From contig CM060732.1 of NCBI GenBank assembly GCA_030704615.1, positions 68,820,001 through 68,884,000 on the forward strand: a stretch of DNA of 64,000 nt. Direction: 5' to 3'. The stretch comes from Takakia lepidozioides (lineage: Eukaryota > Plantae > Bryophyta). Below the pieces are notes generated by a model. That model had not been told where the DNA came from, made no database searches, and worked only from the letters and a program-made list of their open reading frames with translations. The position numbers and the translations under genes are program-made. This document shows positions 25,736-38,650 of this stretch, piece after piece. Positions within the stretch are counted from its first letter, which is position 1. Every line of letters starts with the position of its first letter.

Positions 25736-25994
25736 AGATTCCACAACAAGTTTTATTGAGGGAAACAATTTTTTAAATTCATTAATTAGATTTTATTTTA
25801 TTTTTAAATAAATAAACTTGATATAATATAAAAACATACATATACATATTTGAGGATATTTTTTAATTATTGAAAAGGGAAATATACATACAGAAGGGGG
25901 TACTTTTTAAAAATTACAAATTTCTATATATTTACAGGAGGGGGTTTTATAATCTTCATTTTACGGACATTTTATAAAGAGTGCACCCCCCTGG

Positions 25995-27262
25995 GATTTT
26001 GCCGTAGTGTTCTGCGGTTGGAGGGAATCGTCGAACCAGCTTCCCATTCCGTCTGGTTGGCCACAAGTGAACGTTAGGCGGAGGTACCCGTGAACCGCTT
26101 GTACTTGAAGCACCTCCACGTGCAATGGAATGTCTGGCTAGGGAGAAACTCGCCTCTTCCAGCATTGCGATCTCTTGGTGAGTGAGACCCGTGCCCATCT
26201 TCACAGGCCACACGGTTGGTGGAGTAGGCTTCCTCATCACGGAGGGCCTCACTGTCCCATGCACACATCTCCCGCAATCGTCAGCGCAGAACCAGAATTT
26301 GTGGTTCTTTGCCTCTCCTTGTCCGTAAGGGAGAAACAAACCAGTGAATGTAGGAGCTGCAGTGCGTTCTTTCCCTCTGGATATTAATGATGTACATTTT
26401 TCATGATTGGTGGCCCTGATCGCCGCGCATTTCACATGCGATCCAGCACTTGTGCGTTCTATATGCCAAACCTCGTCCAAGCACATGGACTCCATTACAT
26501 GCGGCACCACGTTCTGGTCTTCAACCATTGCAATGACAGTGCTTGATGCAGGGGTCCGGTTTGGGGCTGAATGGCCCTCACCTGTGGATGTTCCGCAATT
26601 CCATCTCTGATCCAAGGGAACACGTGGTGTCGAGAAGCTGACCCTATCCGCCCTATGGGAATCTGCATCCGATCCGGGAGGGGTGTCCAATTTCCGTTTG
26701 CAAGACCCGAATCTCTCTTCGCCTTCCAAATGGGGAACTCTTCCCACGAGAGGGGTGCCATCTGCACATATGCTCAATGCCCACGCTATTTTGCTGGGAT
26801 CCCCCAATCTTTTGGCTGCCCACAACATCAACTCGCTCCTGTCCGGGCCTATGCCACCAAGGCCACCCCTCAAGAATGATCTGTATCTGGTTTGCTGCTG
26901 CAGAGCACGGATAAGGTCATCGGCCGTGGCCGCATACAAATCTCTTCTTTTTTTGCCGGATTGCTGCAACCAGGCATTGTGCACTGTCTCCGCTAGATTG
27001 CAAGAAGGCATGTCCGTCATCTCCTCAATGGACATATGCTGCAAGGCAAAAAAACACAAAGCCGATATTAGGATGGGACCTTGAAAGATATATCCAAAGC
27101 ACCCAAAGGAAGGTGAATGCAAACCGCTCACCGTTGTCATGGCCGCTCCCCACTGTCGATAACGGAAGTGTCAAAATGCGAACCAGTCTTCCAGGTTCCC
27201 TCATTCTGTCCTCCGATGCCGCTCCAGATGAGTACCACCAGGCACGAATTGTCTGGAACAAT
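25995..27262 (-). pseudogene. Central part of element C transposase
   Basis: IRAWWYSSGAA, MPSCNLAETVHNAWLQQS, HLEGEERFGSCKRKL, HKFWFCADD are closely homologous to the B transposase. Confidence 0.9.
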
Positions 27263-27564
27263 GTGTAGGCGACATACCCCTTGCCAGATGTTCAGTCACC
27301 TGCGGATTCCCAGCCTGAAAAGGTCACTAACTGCTCATTAGTGGGAGGAAATTCGCCCGCCCTAGTTTTCTTTTTGTTTTTTTTCCTGGTATGTTTTGGG
27401 AGACTTGGCTAGATGAGAGGGAGTGTACAATTTTTGTTCAGAATTCATCCCCATCCGGTAGCATCTGCAGATGCTGGGGAAGATATTAAAGAGTTTTTCT
27501 TTTCTTTTCTTTTTTAAAGGGATACCTCTGTGGGAGTGACAGCCCACAATTCAGGCCCTTTAGG

Positions 27565-27685
27565 AGGCCGGAAAAATTAACCCCCTTTCATATAAGCCAT
27601 TGCGCACAGGGAAACATCACCCCCAGACCAACCGGTCACGAAACAAAATCATATTTGAACCCCAAATCACTAATAGCCGCACGTG
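27565..27685 (-). mobile_element. Partial copy of the tRNA-derived SINE at 43648
   Basis: Reverse complement shares TTTCGTGACCGGTTGGTCTGGGGGTGA and CAATGGCTTAT..GAAAGGGGGTTAAT with 43735-43815. Confidence 0.75.
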
Positions 27686-28328
27686 AAGCAATTTTTTTTT
27701 TTTTTGAAAAAGGAAACACCTAGGACCACATGAGAATTTAGTCCGTTGTCCTTCTCATGACAAATGCCCTAGCAATTGTCCAGTGTTTGAATCATTGAGA
27801 GGAGCCACTCGCTCGCACTTATGGATCGATGTGGATGGACGCTAGATAATGTTAACTCCTCGGCTACAACTCTGCTTACAAAAGTTTTCTTTGATCTTAC
27901 CATCACTGCTAAATTGGCATGGGCCAACAAAGCTGCGTGCAGACATCGAGAAGACTCCAAAATGTCAGTATTTGCTCCTGGCTACCTTCAGATCCACATG
28001 GGGAAGGCAAGGCATCATATACTGCTGCATTGAGGCTGACACCTGAGTGGCTAGAGCAAACTCCACTACAATGGCAACACCAGAGGGCCCTCCTCTTGGG
28101 CATCCCCAGAAGTCGACAAATGATATGACATTAATTGGAAACATGTAAAGGTGGCTACCAATCTGACTAAACTCAATTACCATAGATAGTTTAATAGCTT
28201 CATTAGTCTCTTTGCAATCCTTTCCTTTGGGGTTAGACACTAGAGGTCTCTGACCTCTTCCAACATGTGTCACACTCTTTGTAGCCTCTTCGGTTGTTCA
28301 CTGTCGTGCTGTCCTCCTTGGCATTATG

Positions 28329-28453
28329 TATAGGGGAAGGCCTCGAGGGGAGGGGGTTCATGGATTTAAGGGCACTAGGCCGAGGGCGGCAGCCCGAGGC
28401 TGTGCCCGAAAATCAAGGAACCTCCGACCCGAGAGGCCTTCCCCTCCACAAAG
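28329..28453. repeat. Second long hairpin, homologous to 16478-16605 and in the same orientation
   Basis: Outer stem GGGGAAGGCCTC/GAGGCCTTCCCC; core CCGAGGGCGGCAGCCCGAGG. Confidence 0.55.
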
Positions 28454-29029
28454 CACGTGAAGATTTCGCGGTGCATTCCACGCTCCCGCGTTTCAGGGGC
28501 TGTTCCACCCGTGCGTATTGCCCTCTCTCATTTCAAGGGGCATTCCACCGGTGCGTATTGCCCTCCCTCGTCAATCAGGCTATTTTGCTCTGGGAGGAGC
28601 AGATATTAAGAAGGAAACAAGGCGTGAGATACATGGAGGCCCTGGCATAGTTCATTGATCATATGAAGCGTAACATGTGCCCAACTGGGAACTAAAAACT
28701 TTCATGTTCCCATAAAGTCTCATGGGAACAACCATGATATAAGGTTAAGGTCACTTTGGCCAACTTGATGCGTAGTCCCTACCCTGTCGGGCAGGGCCAA
28801 CTAACAGAAAAATCTAAAAGGGCTTTATGGCTTCCCTGCTTCTCAAATGTTCGCATTCGTGGTTCTCATTGTTCAAACGTTACCTTTATTCAGATCATTA
28901 TCCGTCACGGTCCCGTGTGTTCGGGCCTTCTTTTTTTTCCCCTTCAATAATCTTAATAAAGCTCTCTTGAAGGGCTTCCTCCTTTTTTCTTTAAATTGTT
29001 TAAAAAAAAAAACCTAAGCGCGATAGTTT

Positions 29030-29890
29030 GAACTTCTCTTCAAATAGATGTCCACTTTTCTTTTTTTTGGTCCTCCTTTCTAGGTCAATGCCATCAACTT
29101 GGCCAAATGGTCCTTAGCCTTATATTATGGGTTGTTCCTATGAAACTTGTTGGGAACATGTAGTAAGTTAATCAGATGTATTATTAAATAGACATTTAAT
29201 TAAATTATTATTTAATACTTTGGATCAACTTGTTGCAAAGAGGCTGTTTCAAAGAAATGTATTACGAACATATAGTTTTTAAGAAAATACTTCACAAATT
29301 GTGGCATATGGTTCAATGTCACATGCAAATATGATCTTTCATTAATGGTACACTTAGAATGTTTGGGAATATATATATATATATATATATATACGTGTGA
29401 CACAAACGATTCAAATGCCTATAACATGTGGGGTAACATCACCATTTGTAAAAACAACCGTTAAAGCGCTTTGGTCTTCAAGCGCTCTGGTCTTCAAGCG
29501 CTCTTGGCTTCGCAACAACCAAAGCAAAATCGTCAAACGTCAGTATTCAAATTAGATCTCTTTTCGTGACAAGTAAAACTAAGTGCTATAATTTGAATTT
29601 CTCTTCAAATAGATGTCCACATTAGTTTGGTTTTCCTTGTTGTCCCTGCCTTGCCCTTCGGGTTAAGGAGTGTGGAAAACTCCATACTACATATCAACTT
29701 GGCCAAATGTCCTTAACCCTATTGTTCCCATTAAACTTGTTGGAAACATGTAGTTCATTAATTAAATATATATAGTATCATCATCATTATTATTATTATT
29801 GAAAATAACTTTAGATCGACTAGGCCAAGTGGATTGGTCCAATGAAATTTGTTGGGAGCATATATGCTTAAAGAAATTACTTCATTCAGC
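29030..29890. repeat. Degenerate local direct duplication (~29030-29270 vs ~29595-29890)
   Basis: Shared TCTCTTCAAATAGATGTCCAC, ATCAACTTGGCCAAATG, AAACTTGTTGGRAACATGTAGT; three AAGCGCTYTGGTCTTC-like units between them. Confidence 0.6.
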
Positions 29891-31099
29891 AAATAGATTA
29901 ATATTGTACACCGTGTTCTGTTACTCTCGAGCTGTAGTCCAAAAGAACCGTTTTTGTTTATATATATATATATAAGTTTTATAAAAATATTTTAACTACT
30001 ATTTTAAATCTTCTCTAAATAAATTTTTACAAACAAATTCATTAAATTATCTTCAAATAAACTTATTCTCAATAGCTTTCCAATGGTATAGGCTTTTCAG
30101 CATAAGCCAGGCTCATATTTCTAAAGCTATTAAATAATGAAATATTTTATTTTAATCTTAATTTTTGAGTCAAAATACTTTGAAATAATTGTGAAAGATA
30201 GTTCTAAAGAAATGTTATCTTGATCCCCAACCGAAAATTAAATTGGCTGCGGCTTCAATAATTTTTCTAGAGAGATTTGTGATTACAGATACACCTACTC
30301 TATTCCATCCCCCCCTAAAACGTCATGACAAAATAGTGTTCCCAGCCTTGCCACTGGACATCCCACCATGCATGTCAAAATTTTCATCCCAATAATCTCC
30401 TCATCATTGTCTAAACAAGTGACTTCTGCTTGCTTTATGTGTTGGATGTACGATCATCCATAGACTAACCATTGATAGAGCAAACTTTGACGAGACCGTG
30501 AACTCATGTGCATACAATACATGCACTATGAGGGTCCACTCATAACATCAAATTCTAATCAAGAGACTAAACCATAAACTAGACTTCTTTGAAGCAAAGG
30601 GGGTGATGTTACGGACATAGCCCAGAAGAACTTACCAGGAATAAATACCAAAAATTATCAAGTTACCATGTTACCGAAAGTTACCATGACTTACCGTGAT
30701 TTACCATGATCTACCATGATTTATCATTACTTACCAAAAACATATATTTTCTACTTCCTACTTTTGAACTTCATGTTCTAGTGCATATCATCGTCGCTTG
30801 AATGATTTGAAAATAAATGTATTATATCCACATCTGCACTTTTCAATTAGATATATCTTTACATGGACTTGCAACCTACACTAACATAACCCTAAATTTG
30901 TTCGAGATACAGTTCTGACGAGTATACATTACTCTCTGTACACTACTGCAATCTATTATTAGTATCCTTCAAAATGATAGCATATGATATTATTAGCAAA
31001 TCTTGGAATCAAGTCCGATCCTGCTCTTTAGATGGTGAGATTGAGGAGCTGAAAACATTACTAAAACTTATGCTCCAACCCTAGTAGCATGGAACGCGT

Positions 31100-31700
31100 G
31101 GAATGTTGTGTATGTTCAACAACCTATATTTGGCCATGTCAAACGTCCATAAGTATTGTTGGATTTCAAAGTGGATTGAGTTTAACACTCCAATTACATC
31201 CATTCAAATGCTTTAGAGAATTCCACCTCAATGCTATTTGCAATAACCGAATATATGTAGTGCCAATTACTGTACTTGCCATCACTTGTTCGTCAAATTG
31301 GCTTTCACATCTTCTCCCATATCAAGCATGTTATATGTTTCAAGAACAGCACTATCATCCTCAAATGTGATCTTGATACCAACCAAATCGTTCCTTATCT
31401 GTTTCCTTTGGACTGCCATCCCCTAGAGCACACTTGGCTATTATTTTTACAGTAAAACTTCTCACTATTCCCATCTTCTTGAAATCAAAAATCAACGTTG
31501 GATATATTTTTGATACCCTTCTGCCGTATGTAACACCATAGGTGAATATATACCTTCGACGGAATCACATAGGGTTGCACGAGCAAATAGGAATGTCTCG
31601 CGGTATATCATCTCTCTCCATTCACGACACACTCGGCAAGCTTGGCAAACATCCCAAAGAGGGAGACGGGCCAGCACCAAGTTGGGAATGGTGATGAAGA
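31100..31700 (-). pseudogene. F-box gene remnant
   Basis: LVLARLPLWDVCQACRVCREWREMI is an F-box signature; the downstream frame is broken; boundaries approximate. Confidence 0.6.
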
Positions 31701-33938
31701 TGAGAAATCTTCAAGAGGGCCTTTGGGAGAGCCTTTGGGGGCTGGGTCTGGGGCTGAGCATGACAAGGTATTGTTGTTAAGAGTCATGGTTCATCTAGGT
31801 CGTGAAGGCACGTTTTCTAATCAACAATATGGAGTGAGATTACCTCCAAGCCTATCAAGGGTCTCTCCAATCCTTAGAGCATGCATATTGGGTAAAGAAT
31901 CTTTTGCATTTGTGCCTCCATAACCTTCGTGACCTTGGTTCCCTCTCCTGCCTGATTCATTTGACGCATGTTGTCTCCCAGAAATAAACGTTTATGCAAA
32001 CAAGAATCTTGCAACCTCCCAAAGCAACAGCTCCAGCTCAAGGCTCTCATTGTCACTCCCCATGTCATGAACTACTATCCTATTAGGTCTTTGCAAGCCC
32101 ACACCAAAAAATTGTGCCATCTCTGTGTCTCCTATTGGAGGTTGAAATGGTTGACTCCCAACATCAACTCCTCTTTCCTTGCTGCTCCAGGGCTGCTCCA
32201 ACTATCTAGCACGTGCTTTAGCAAGAACAATTGCATTTGAAATGCAAGCTCTAAAACATTCAAGCTGCCGGGCAATTTATCCAAAAGGGACAGGTTATCC
32301 AACATAGTGAGAAGCTTCTTCTTCATGGGAGGGGTCATGGTCTCAATTGGTTGATCGAACAAGACCCTGACATTTGGACCGGATGCAGCTCCATGAAATG
32401 ACATGTTTGGATTGGAGATTATATGAATTGACTATTATGTACATTTGAAAATGGTGTAAATGTCGAATTTGTTATATTGTAGTCTTTGGTGTGTGGATTC
32501 ATTTCATGATTTATGTGTTATAATGCATGTGGACTTATGAACAGAAAATATGAGAAGTGCCACTTTATCTTTTTCTTCTTCTCTTTCATAGCAATGGTTT
32601 CAGCTACCCCCTATGCTTACGTTGGGAAGTAGTTAAGAAATGAAGTAATAAATATCAACCATTTTTGAAAATTCTAGACATTAAAATAAATAAATAAATA
32701 AAATTCCTGAAATTATCGTATCTTTTTCTAGAGTTGTCATGTCGACAGTGAGATATACTAATGGACCATATTGTCGTCTACGCTAAACCAGCTCCAACTT
32801 AACGGTCGTCACTGGAATCATAAAAATTCTCATTTTTACCCTAAAGATATATTAAGTATTGGATGTGATTAAATAATTTGACCTTATTTGTTTGCCTGAT
32901 GGGCAAATGTGGGATATACAAAACGGATACATTCAGGGGTATATGACAATACTTGTAGTATTGACAAAATAAATTTAGGGAAACTTAGCTAAAGAACACA
33001 ACTTCTTGAGCTCTATAAGGCTAAAATTGGCATTGGGGACAAGAATGGAGCACATACTACTTTTATCAAGAAAAGACACAAAAACAATATTTCAAACCGA
33101 GAAGATCAATCACTAGAAGCATTCGTGTCTTTTCCGAATCGACTGCATGTCCAAAACCACTGAGGGAACAACTTTGAGATGTTTGTTACTACTGCACAGT
33201 CGTAACAGATAAATTCACATTTCTAATGGCGGATAGAAGTTGCATCAATGACTCCGCAGTCGGCACAATGTTCGCGGCGATTTAATTCAATTACGTAAAT
33301 TGTTTTTTTTTTAAAACATCAATTACAAGTGGTTTTAAGCACTAGAGAACGACTCTTAACAACTAGGCATTCATTGCACACCCTATTCAAAAATGGAATT
33401 TTTATAAGTGCTCCACATGGCTCATGACGTGGAATATTTTAATGTATTTTAGGGCTTGTGTGGCTCGTAGAGATTGTTCTAATCGTCGGATGTAAAATGA
33501 TCTAAGGGTGGAAGAGTAACTTTGTCCTTTGCCTGAATTTGTCTAAGTGTTGGGAGAGGGATGGAGGCTTGAGAGAGAGATGAACAAGTAATGCGAGAAG
33601 GACGAAGACCAAATCGAGGCCCATGTCCTGTTGTTGCAAGCGTTTATGGCGTCAAGGGCGCATTATGTGCAAATGTGGGCTCTTGGCTCCCCTTTGTACC
33701 ATGATTTGGTATTCTTCCTGATGATCACAAGGTTCTTGGGGGAATCAGCTTGGTCTTAGCAACCCATATTTTAATCTCTGCCCGCTCAGCTGCACCGTGG
33801 TGGTTCTTACGAACCAATCCCACATTACCTGACTAGAGATACAAGCAGCGTCAGTCTAATCCGCAATGGGTCATGACACAAGGTAGAGGACAATGTGGTG
33901 AGGGCACCTTCTTCTTCGAGCTATTTCAGCCTGTTTTG

Positions 33939-36900
33939 CCGAGATGTAGTGTCGTGGAGTGCGATGCTTGCAGGGTATGCACAGCAGGGACGTGGGATGG
34001 AGGCTTTGGAGACCTATGAAGTTGCGAAGGGAGAGTTTGATAACATGGCTGAACAAGATGTTGTCTCAAGGAACACGTTGAATCTCGCAAGATATGGCCA
34101 GCATGTGTGCGGGATGAGGGCATTGGAGACATATGAGCAAATGTTGAGAAGAGGTGCAGCCTGACCGGGTCACGTTCATTTGTGTTTGCAATGCATGTGC
34201 AAACCTGACAACCCTGGAGACTTGGTAAAGGGCAAAGAGGTCCATCATGACATTGTCAAAGCTGGAACTGTACCAGATGTAACAATACCTCGTCGACATG
34301 TATGCCAAACGTGGGAGCATTCCCTTGTGGACAAGGAGTGTTTAACAATATGGCTGAGCGAAATGTGGTGTGGTGGAACGTGATGATCGCAGGACATGCA
34401 CAACATGGGCGGGGATTGCGGGTTTTGGAGACCTATGAGCAAATGATGTGGGTCTAGGGGGTGAAGCCCGAGCACATTACGTTTGTTTGTGTTTGTAGTG
34501 CATGTGCGAGCCTGTTGGAGAAGGGCAAAGAGGTCCATGGTTGCATCGTCAAAGCTGGAATTGTGGTAGATGTCATTCTGAACATGAATACCCTTCTAGA
34601 TAGGGAGTGTTCAACAATATGGCTGAGCGAAATGTGGTGTCGTGGAAAGGATGATCGCAGGACATGCACAACAGGGGCGGGGATTGCAGGTTTTGGAGAC
34701 CTATGAGCAGTTGATGTGGGAGGGGGTGAAGTCCGACCACATTACGTTCAGAGAGTTCAAATGCCTCTCCACCATGACCTTGCTTAGCTAACCATGCCTT
34801 GCTGATGTTGTTGTCTTACACTTGAGCTGTTTTTGGACACTGGCTGGAACATCCACAAGGCGGCTCTGCTCGAGAGAGAAATCAGCTTGAATGCAGGGGC
34901 AGATTTTGAGATCACAATCACCACTCAAACGTTGTTCTTTGCACCGGCATGGCATGTCAGCATGCATATCAGCCCAAACTCATTACTCCGTGAGCCTTCC
35001 ACTGCCGGAGTGTGCCCATTCAAGCCAGATCTTCGAAACACAGGGATGGAACGGGTTTTTGAAACCAGCATTGCCTAATTGGATACCCAATTCAGCTCCG
35101 CATCTTGGTCCATTAATCTGCTGCACATTGTGAAGTTTTCTGCCCGTTCACCGCAAGTTGAAGAATGAGTATTCTTAAAACACGGGTACTCATAATCTGA
35201 AAATGGAGCTTATGTTGCTTGAGTGCGAATATGAATGTGGTTGGCTTGGCAGCTTTACATCTGGTCCATCCCACTCGATATGATGAGCAGGTTCAGCTTG
35301 ACTTCTCTCACACAAAAGACGCTGCCAAGATGGGGTTTGCTGCCCTAGATGACTTCCCGTCGTTGTTCTGGGCTGCAACATACAATTAATCTGGCCCATG
35401 GCGAGGGGCCTTGCCTTCCACCAATCATCTGTAAGTCCTGTGAAACTGTTTTTGTGGCAGTTTGTAAGCAGTGGGCAGCGATGGTGGGCTATTGTAGGAT
35501 TTGATGAACTCAATGCCGTGTACTGACAGCAACCCCTCATCTCTTATGCAAGCATTCAACAACCCAAGTTGACTGCAGAGCATATTCAGCCCCCCACGTT
35601 TCTAGTTGCCTAATGTTCTTCATCTCCTGGGCAGAGCATTTTCCAGGGTCTCCATCTGTGATGACACACTATCTTCTCATGTGGTTCAGCTTTGGTCTTG
35701 CTCTTGTTTGCACCACCCCAATGAAGGGCAGTTCCCACCTGCTTGATTCTCTCTATATGGTTGTCTTGGGTCTTGGCAGGGTTTCCCACAACCGCCTTTC
35801 CTTTTCAGACTGCCAGTCATCAGCCTCGTTCTCCAATGCTTCACTTTCTTCCCAAGTGAAGTGCTCTCCTCTTTTATGCTTCAACGTCCCTGCAGGTGTC
35901 TTTTCCTTCATCTCCCGTGGTGCTTTCGAATGAATGAGCACTGATTTACATCTGTTGGCAACACTTACGGTGTCCCTTTCCTTGCATGCCACTGCAGGCC
36001 CGCATTGACTTTCTTGGCAGGGAAGTCTCCTCCTTCTCCCTCATTTTCTGGCTCTGTTGGTGCCCCACTCACCATGCTATCAGGGCTGCACTTTTTTGTG
36101 GTGTTGCGCCAGCCAAGGGCGATCTTTCACTGGTCCGATTGTTGGCAACAGCTGATTGGAGTCTTCTTGGTAGAGTCTCCCACGAGCTCCCATCAATTTC
36201 AGGATCAGGTTTTCTACCCTGCCCTTCCACTTTTCATAAGCGAGGTGCCTGTCTTCCTCCTTTTCACTCTTCAGCCTCTCAGGCAGATTTTTCTTCATGC
36301 GATTGCTGCTCCCATACTTCCAGTCCTTATTTAATTTTCTCCAGCCATCACCCTCAGATTTGACAAGGTATTGCTGCCCTTCCTTGTGTCTTTCCTCACT
36401 CCCAGCTGCTGGTTTTATCCCAAATTTACCTCTCATCCTTGCCTGGGGTTTTGCTTGCCAAACAGCCCTTGTGTGGGGAACTTCAACGAAAGGCAACATC
36501 TCATTCTCAGCTCCTATCTTTGTACCTCTTTGCAGCAGTCTAGCCTCGGGTGCCTCACTTTCTGATTGCTGGGTTGCATTCTTCGCCGCCAACCTTTGAC
36601 AAGAAAGTGTGCTCCATCTTCCTCATCTCCTACTGGTTCCCTTGATGTTTCACCTCGTATGTCTTCATCCTCATGTTTTAGCAGCAGCTCCCATGCTTGA
36701 ATTGCTACTTTTCCTCGTAGTTGATCTTGTGCTTTCCTTTTTCTCCGTAGCCTAATCAACAGTTTTGTCTTGGCAGCTCCCTTGCCATGAGTGCCTTGTC
36801 TCACTGCATCTCCCTTGGCTGCCCACCATCCGTGGAGTCTTTCTTGCACTATTCTGACCCTCGTTGGCATGCACTTTGCTGCGATGCACAACATGTATTT

Positions 36901-37560
36901 GCTGCTCCCTTTAATCATCAACATAGTGCTCCAGAGCCAGTTCCTCATTGTTGACCAGTTGACCTTCTCAGCCCTTGGACCCCATTTTCCCTTCTCCCAT
37001 GTTGCCTCGTCTTTCTGCTTCATCATTTGCTTTACTTGCACGATGTTTCTTCTTCCCTACAGCTCATCATGTGTTGTGGCTCTTTCCCATGTTGCACTCA
37101 CTCCCATCATACGTTGTGCAGTTGATAAGACTGAGATGAGTTGATGCAAGATAGGGGGAGGGCTTGCTGGTGTATGTTGTCCGATAGGCCCCATGCACAG
37201 AGTCAAAGCTGGAAGTTAGCCTTGCAAGGACCCAAGTGAGAGAAGTCTGGTGGGGGTAGCATCTTGGGGGATGGCAGTTAGGGCAATGTGTCTAGGGCAA
37301 TATATGTCATAGCAGCGGGTGATGTGCTGCCAATTTTGAGGATAGAGACAGCCTGTAAGCTGTAGATTTGTATGTGTGGTTTCTTCTGACACATATTGCT
37401 CCCAGTTTGCCACAACCAGTTGTTTGCGTTTGTAGTGCATGTGCGAGCCTGCTGGGGAAGGGCAAAGAGGTCCATGGTTGCATCGTCAAAGCTGGAATTG
37501 TGGCAGATGTCATTCTAATACCCTTGTGGACAGGGAGTGTTCAACAATATGGCTGAGCGA
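33939..37560 (+). pseudogene. Degenerate PLS-PPR repeats split by a ~2.7-kb insertion (about 34749-37418)
   Basis: RDVVSWSAMLAGYAQQG, KPEHITFVCVCSACAS, KGKEVHGCIVKAG; the motif HIT/F-VCVCSACAS breaks at 34748 and resumes near 37420. Confidence 0.8.
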
Positions 37561-38650
37561 AGGATAGAGTGTAATGACTGCTAATGAAGACACCTTCTTC
37601 AATTTCACCTTGTTTTCTCCTCTTATCAGAATCGCCCCTAATTATTCATGTCTGAATTCTGCAAGTTAGCTGGTTGAGTGAAGCTTTGATAGTTTGGAGT
37701 GACTTTGACATGATTCTGCCAATGTGACAACAGGAAAGTATCAGAAACAGGTAACACAGACGAGGAGAAGTTGTGGAATGAATATTTTTCTGACCCCAGT
37801 CAATGGTGGGACAATCGAGGCAAGAAGGTGAATGTTTGTTGGATTATAGAGAGTAGCAGATGCAATTGAGCGTAGGAACTAGTGTGATAAGTTGAGTTGG
37901 GTGCTTCCTAGAACAAGTCTAGGCTGTCATCGTCAACTGCTAGCAACAAGACAAGGTTGTATGCATGATTCGTGCGAGGCATGGATAGTTGAAGGAGCAA
38001 GGATAGAGTGTGGGTGCAGATTCACCCAAGAGGGCCAACTTCAAGCTCCAGATTAACTATGAAGCTACAAGAAACCTGCATGGGTAGATGGTCAACTGGC
38101 AGCAACGGCACAATTGATAAAATCAGACATTGTTAATGAAGGCATCTTCTTCAGCACATTTCACCCTGTTTTTCCCTCTTATTAGAATCGGTCCAAAATT
38201 TCCATGTTGAATTATGCAAGTTAACTGGTTGAGTGAATCTAGTTTGGAGTGACTTTGACATGATACTGCTATGTGACAACAGGAAAGTATCAAAAAACAA
38301 GTAACAGACATGAGGAGAAGCTGTGGAATGAATACTTTCTGCCCCCAGTCAATGATGGGACAACCGAGGCAAAAAGGTGAATGCCTACTACATTTGAGAG
38401 AGTAGCAGACGCAATTGAGCATAGGAACTAGTGTGATAAGCTGAGTTGGGTGTTTCCTAGAACAAATGTAGGTTGTTATTGTCAGCTACTAGCAGCAAGG
38501 CAAGGATGAATGCATTATTTGTGCAGGGGCATGGATAGCTGAAGGAGCAGGGATAGAGTGTGGTCCAGATTCATCCTAGAGGGCCAAATTTCAAGCAAAA
38601 GATTTACCTATGATTCCCTGTGGATCAATAACTACAATAAACCTCCATGG
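37560..38650. repeat. Two tandem ~550-bp units also present within element D (22500-22840, 23570-23690)
   Basis: Shared TGTGACAACAGGAAAGTATC, GAGGAGAAGYTGTGGAATGAATA, GAGGCAARAAGGTGAATG, TTGATAAAATCAG. Confidence 0.75.

Larger units (their letters stand above)
19202..25994. mobile_element. Element D: 6.8-kb non-autonomous Pack-MULE-like element carrying gene fragments
   Basis: TIR CCRGGGGGGTGCACT at both ends; 9-bp TSD GATTTTGCC (19193-19201, 25995-26003); subterminal ACAGGAGGGGG-like motifs. Removing it restores transposase C in frame (AEHY-GKI-ESAR). Confidence 0.88.
18170..27262 (-). mobile_element. MULE family member C: truncated and interrupted by element D
   Basis: End CAACGACGCTACCGCGTGAGCC at 18170 matches the transposase-downstream end of B (CAGCGTAGCTACGGCGTGAGCC). 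Transposase remnants on the minus strand; the other end was not found. Confidence 0.8.

Noticed and set aside
30655-30740. TTACCATG-like short tandem repeats
   Set aside because: Short degenerate minisatellite with no associated ends or ORF.
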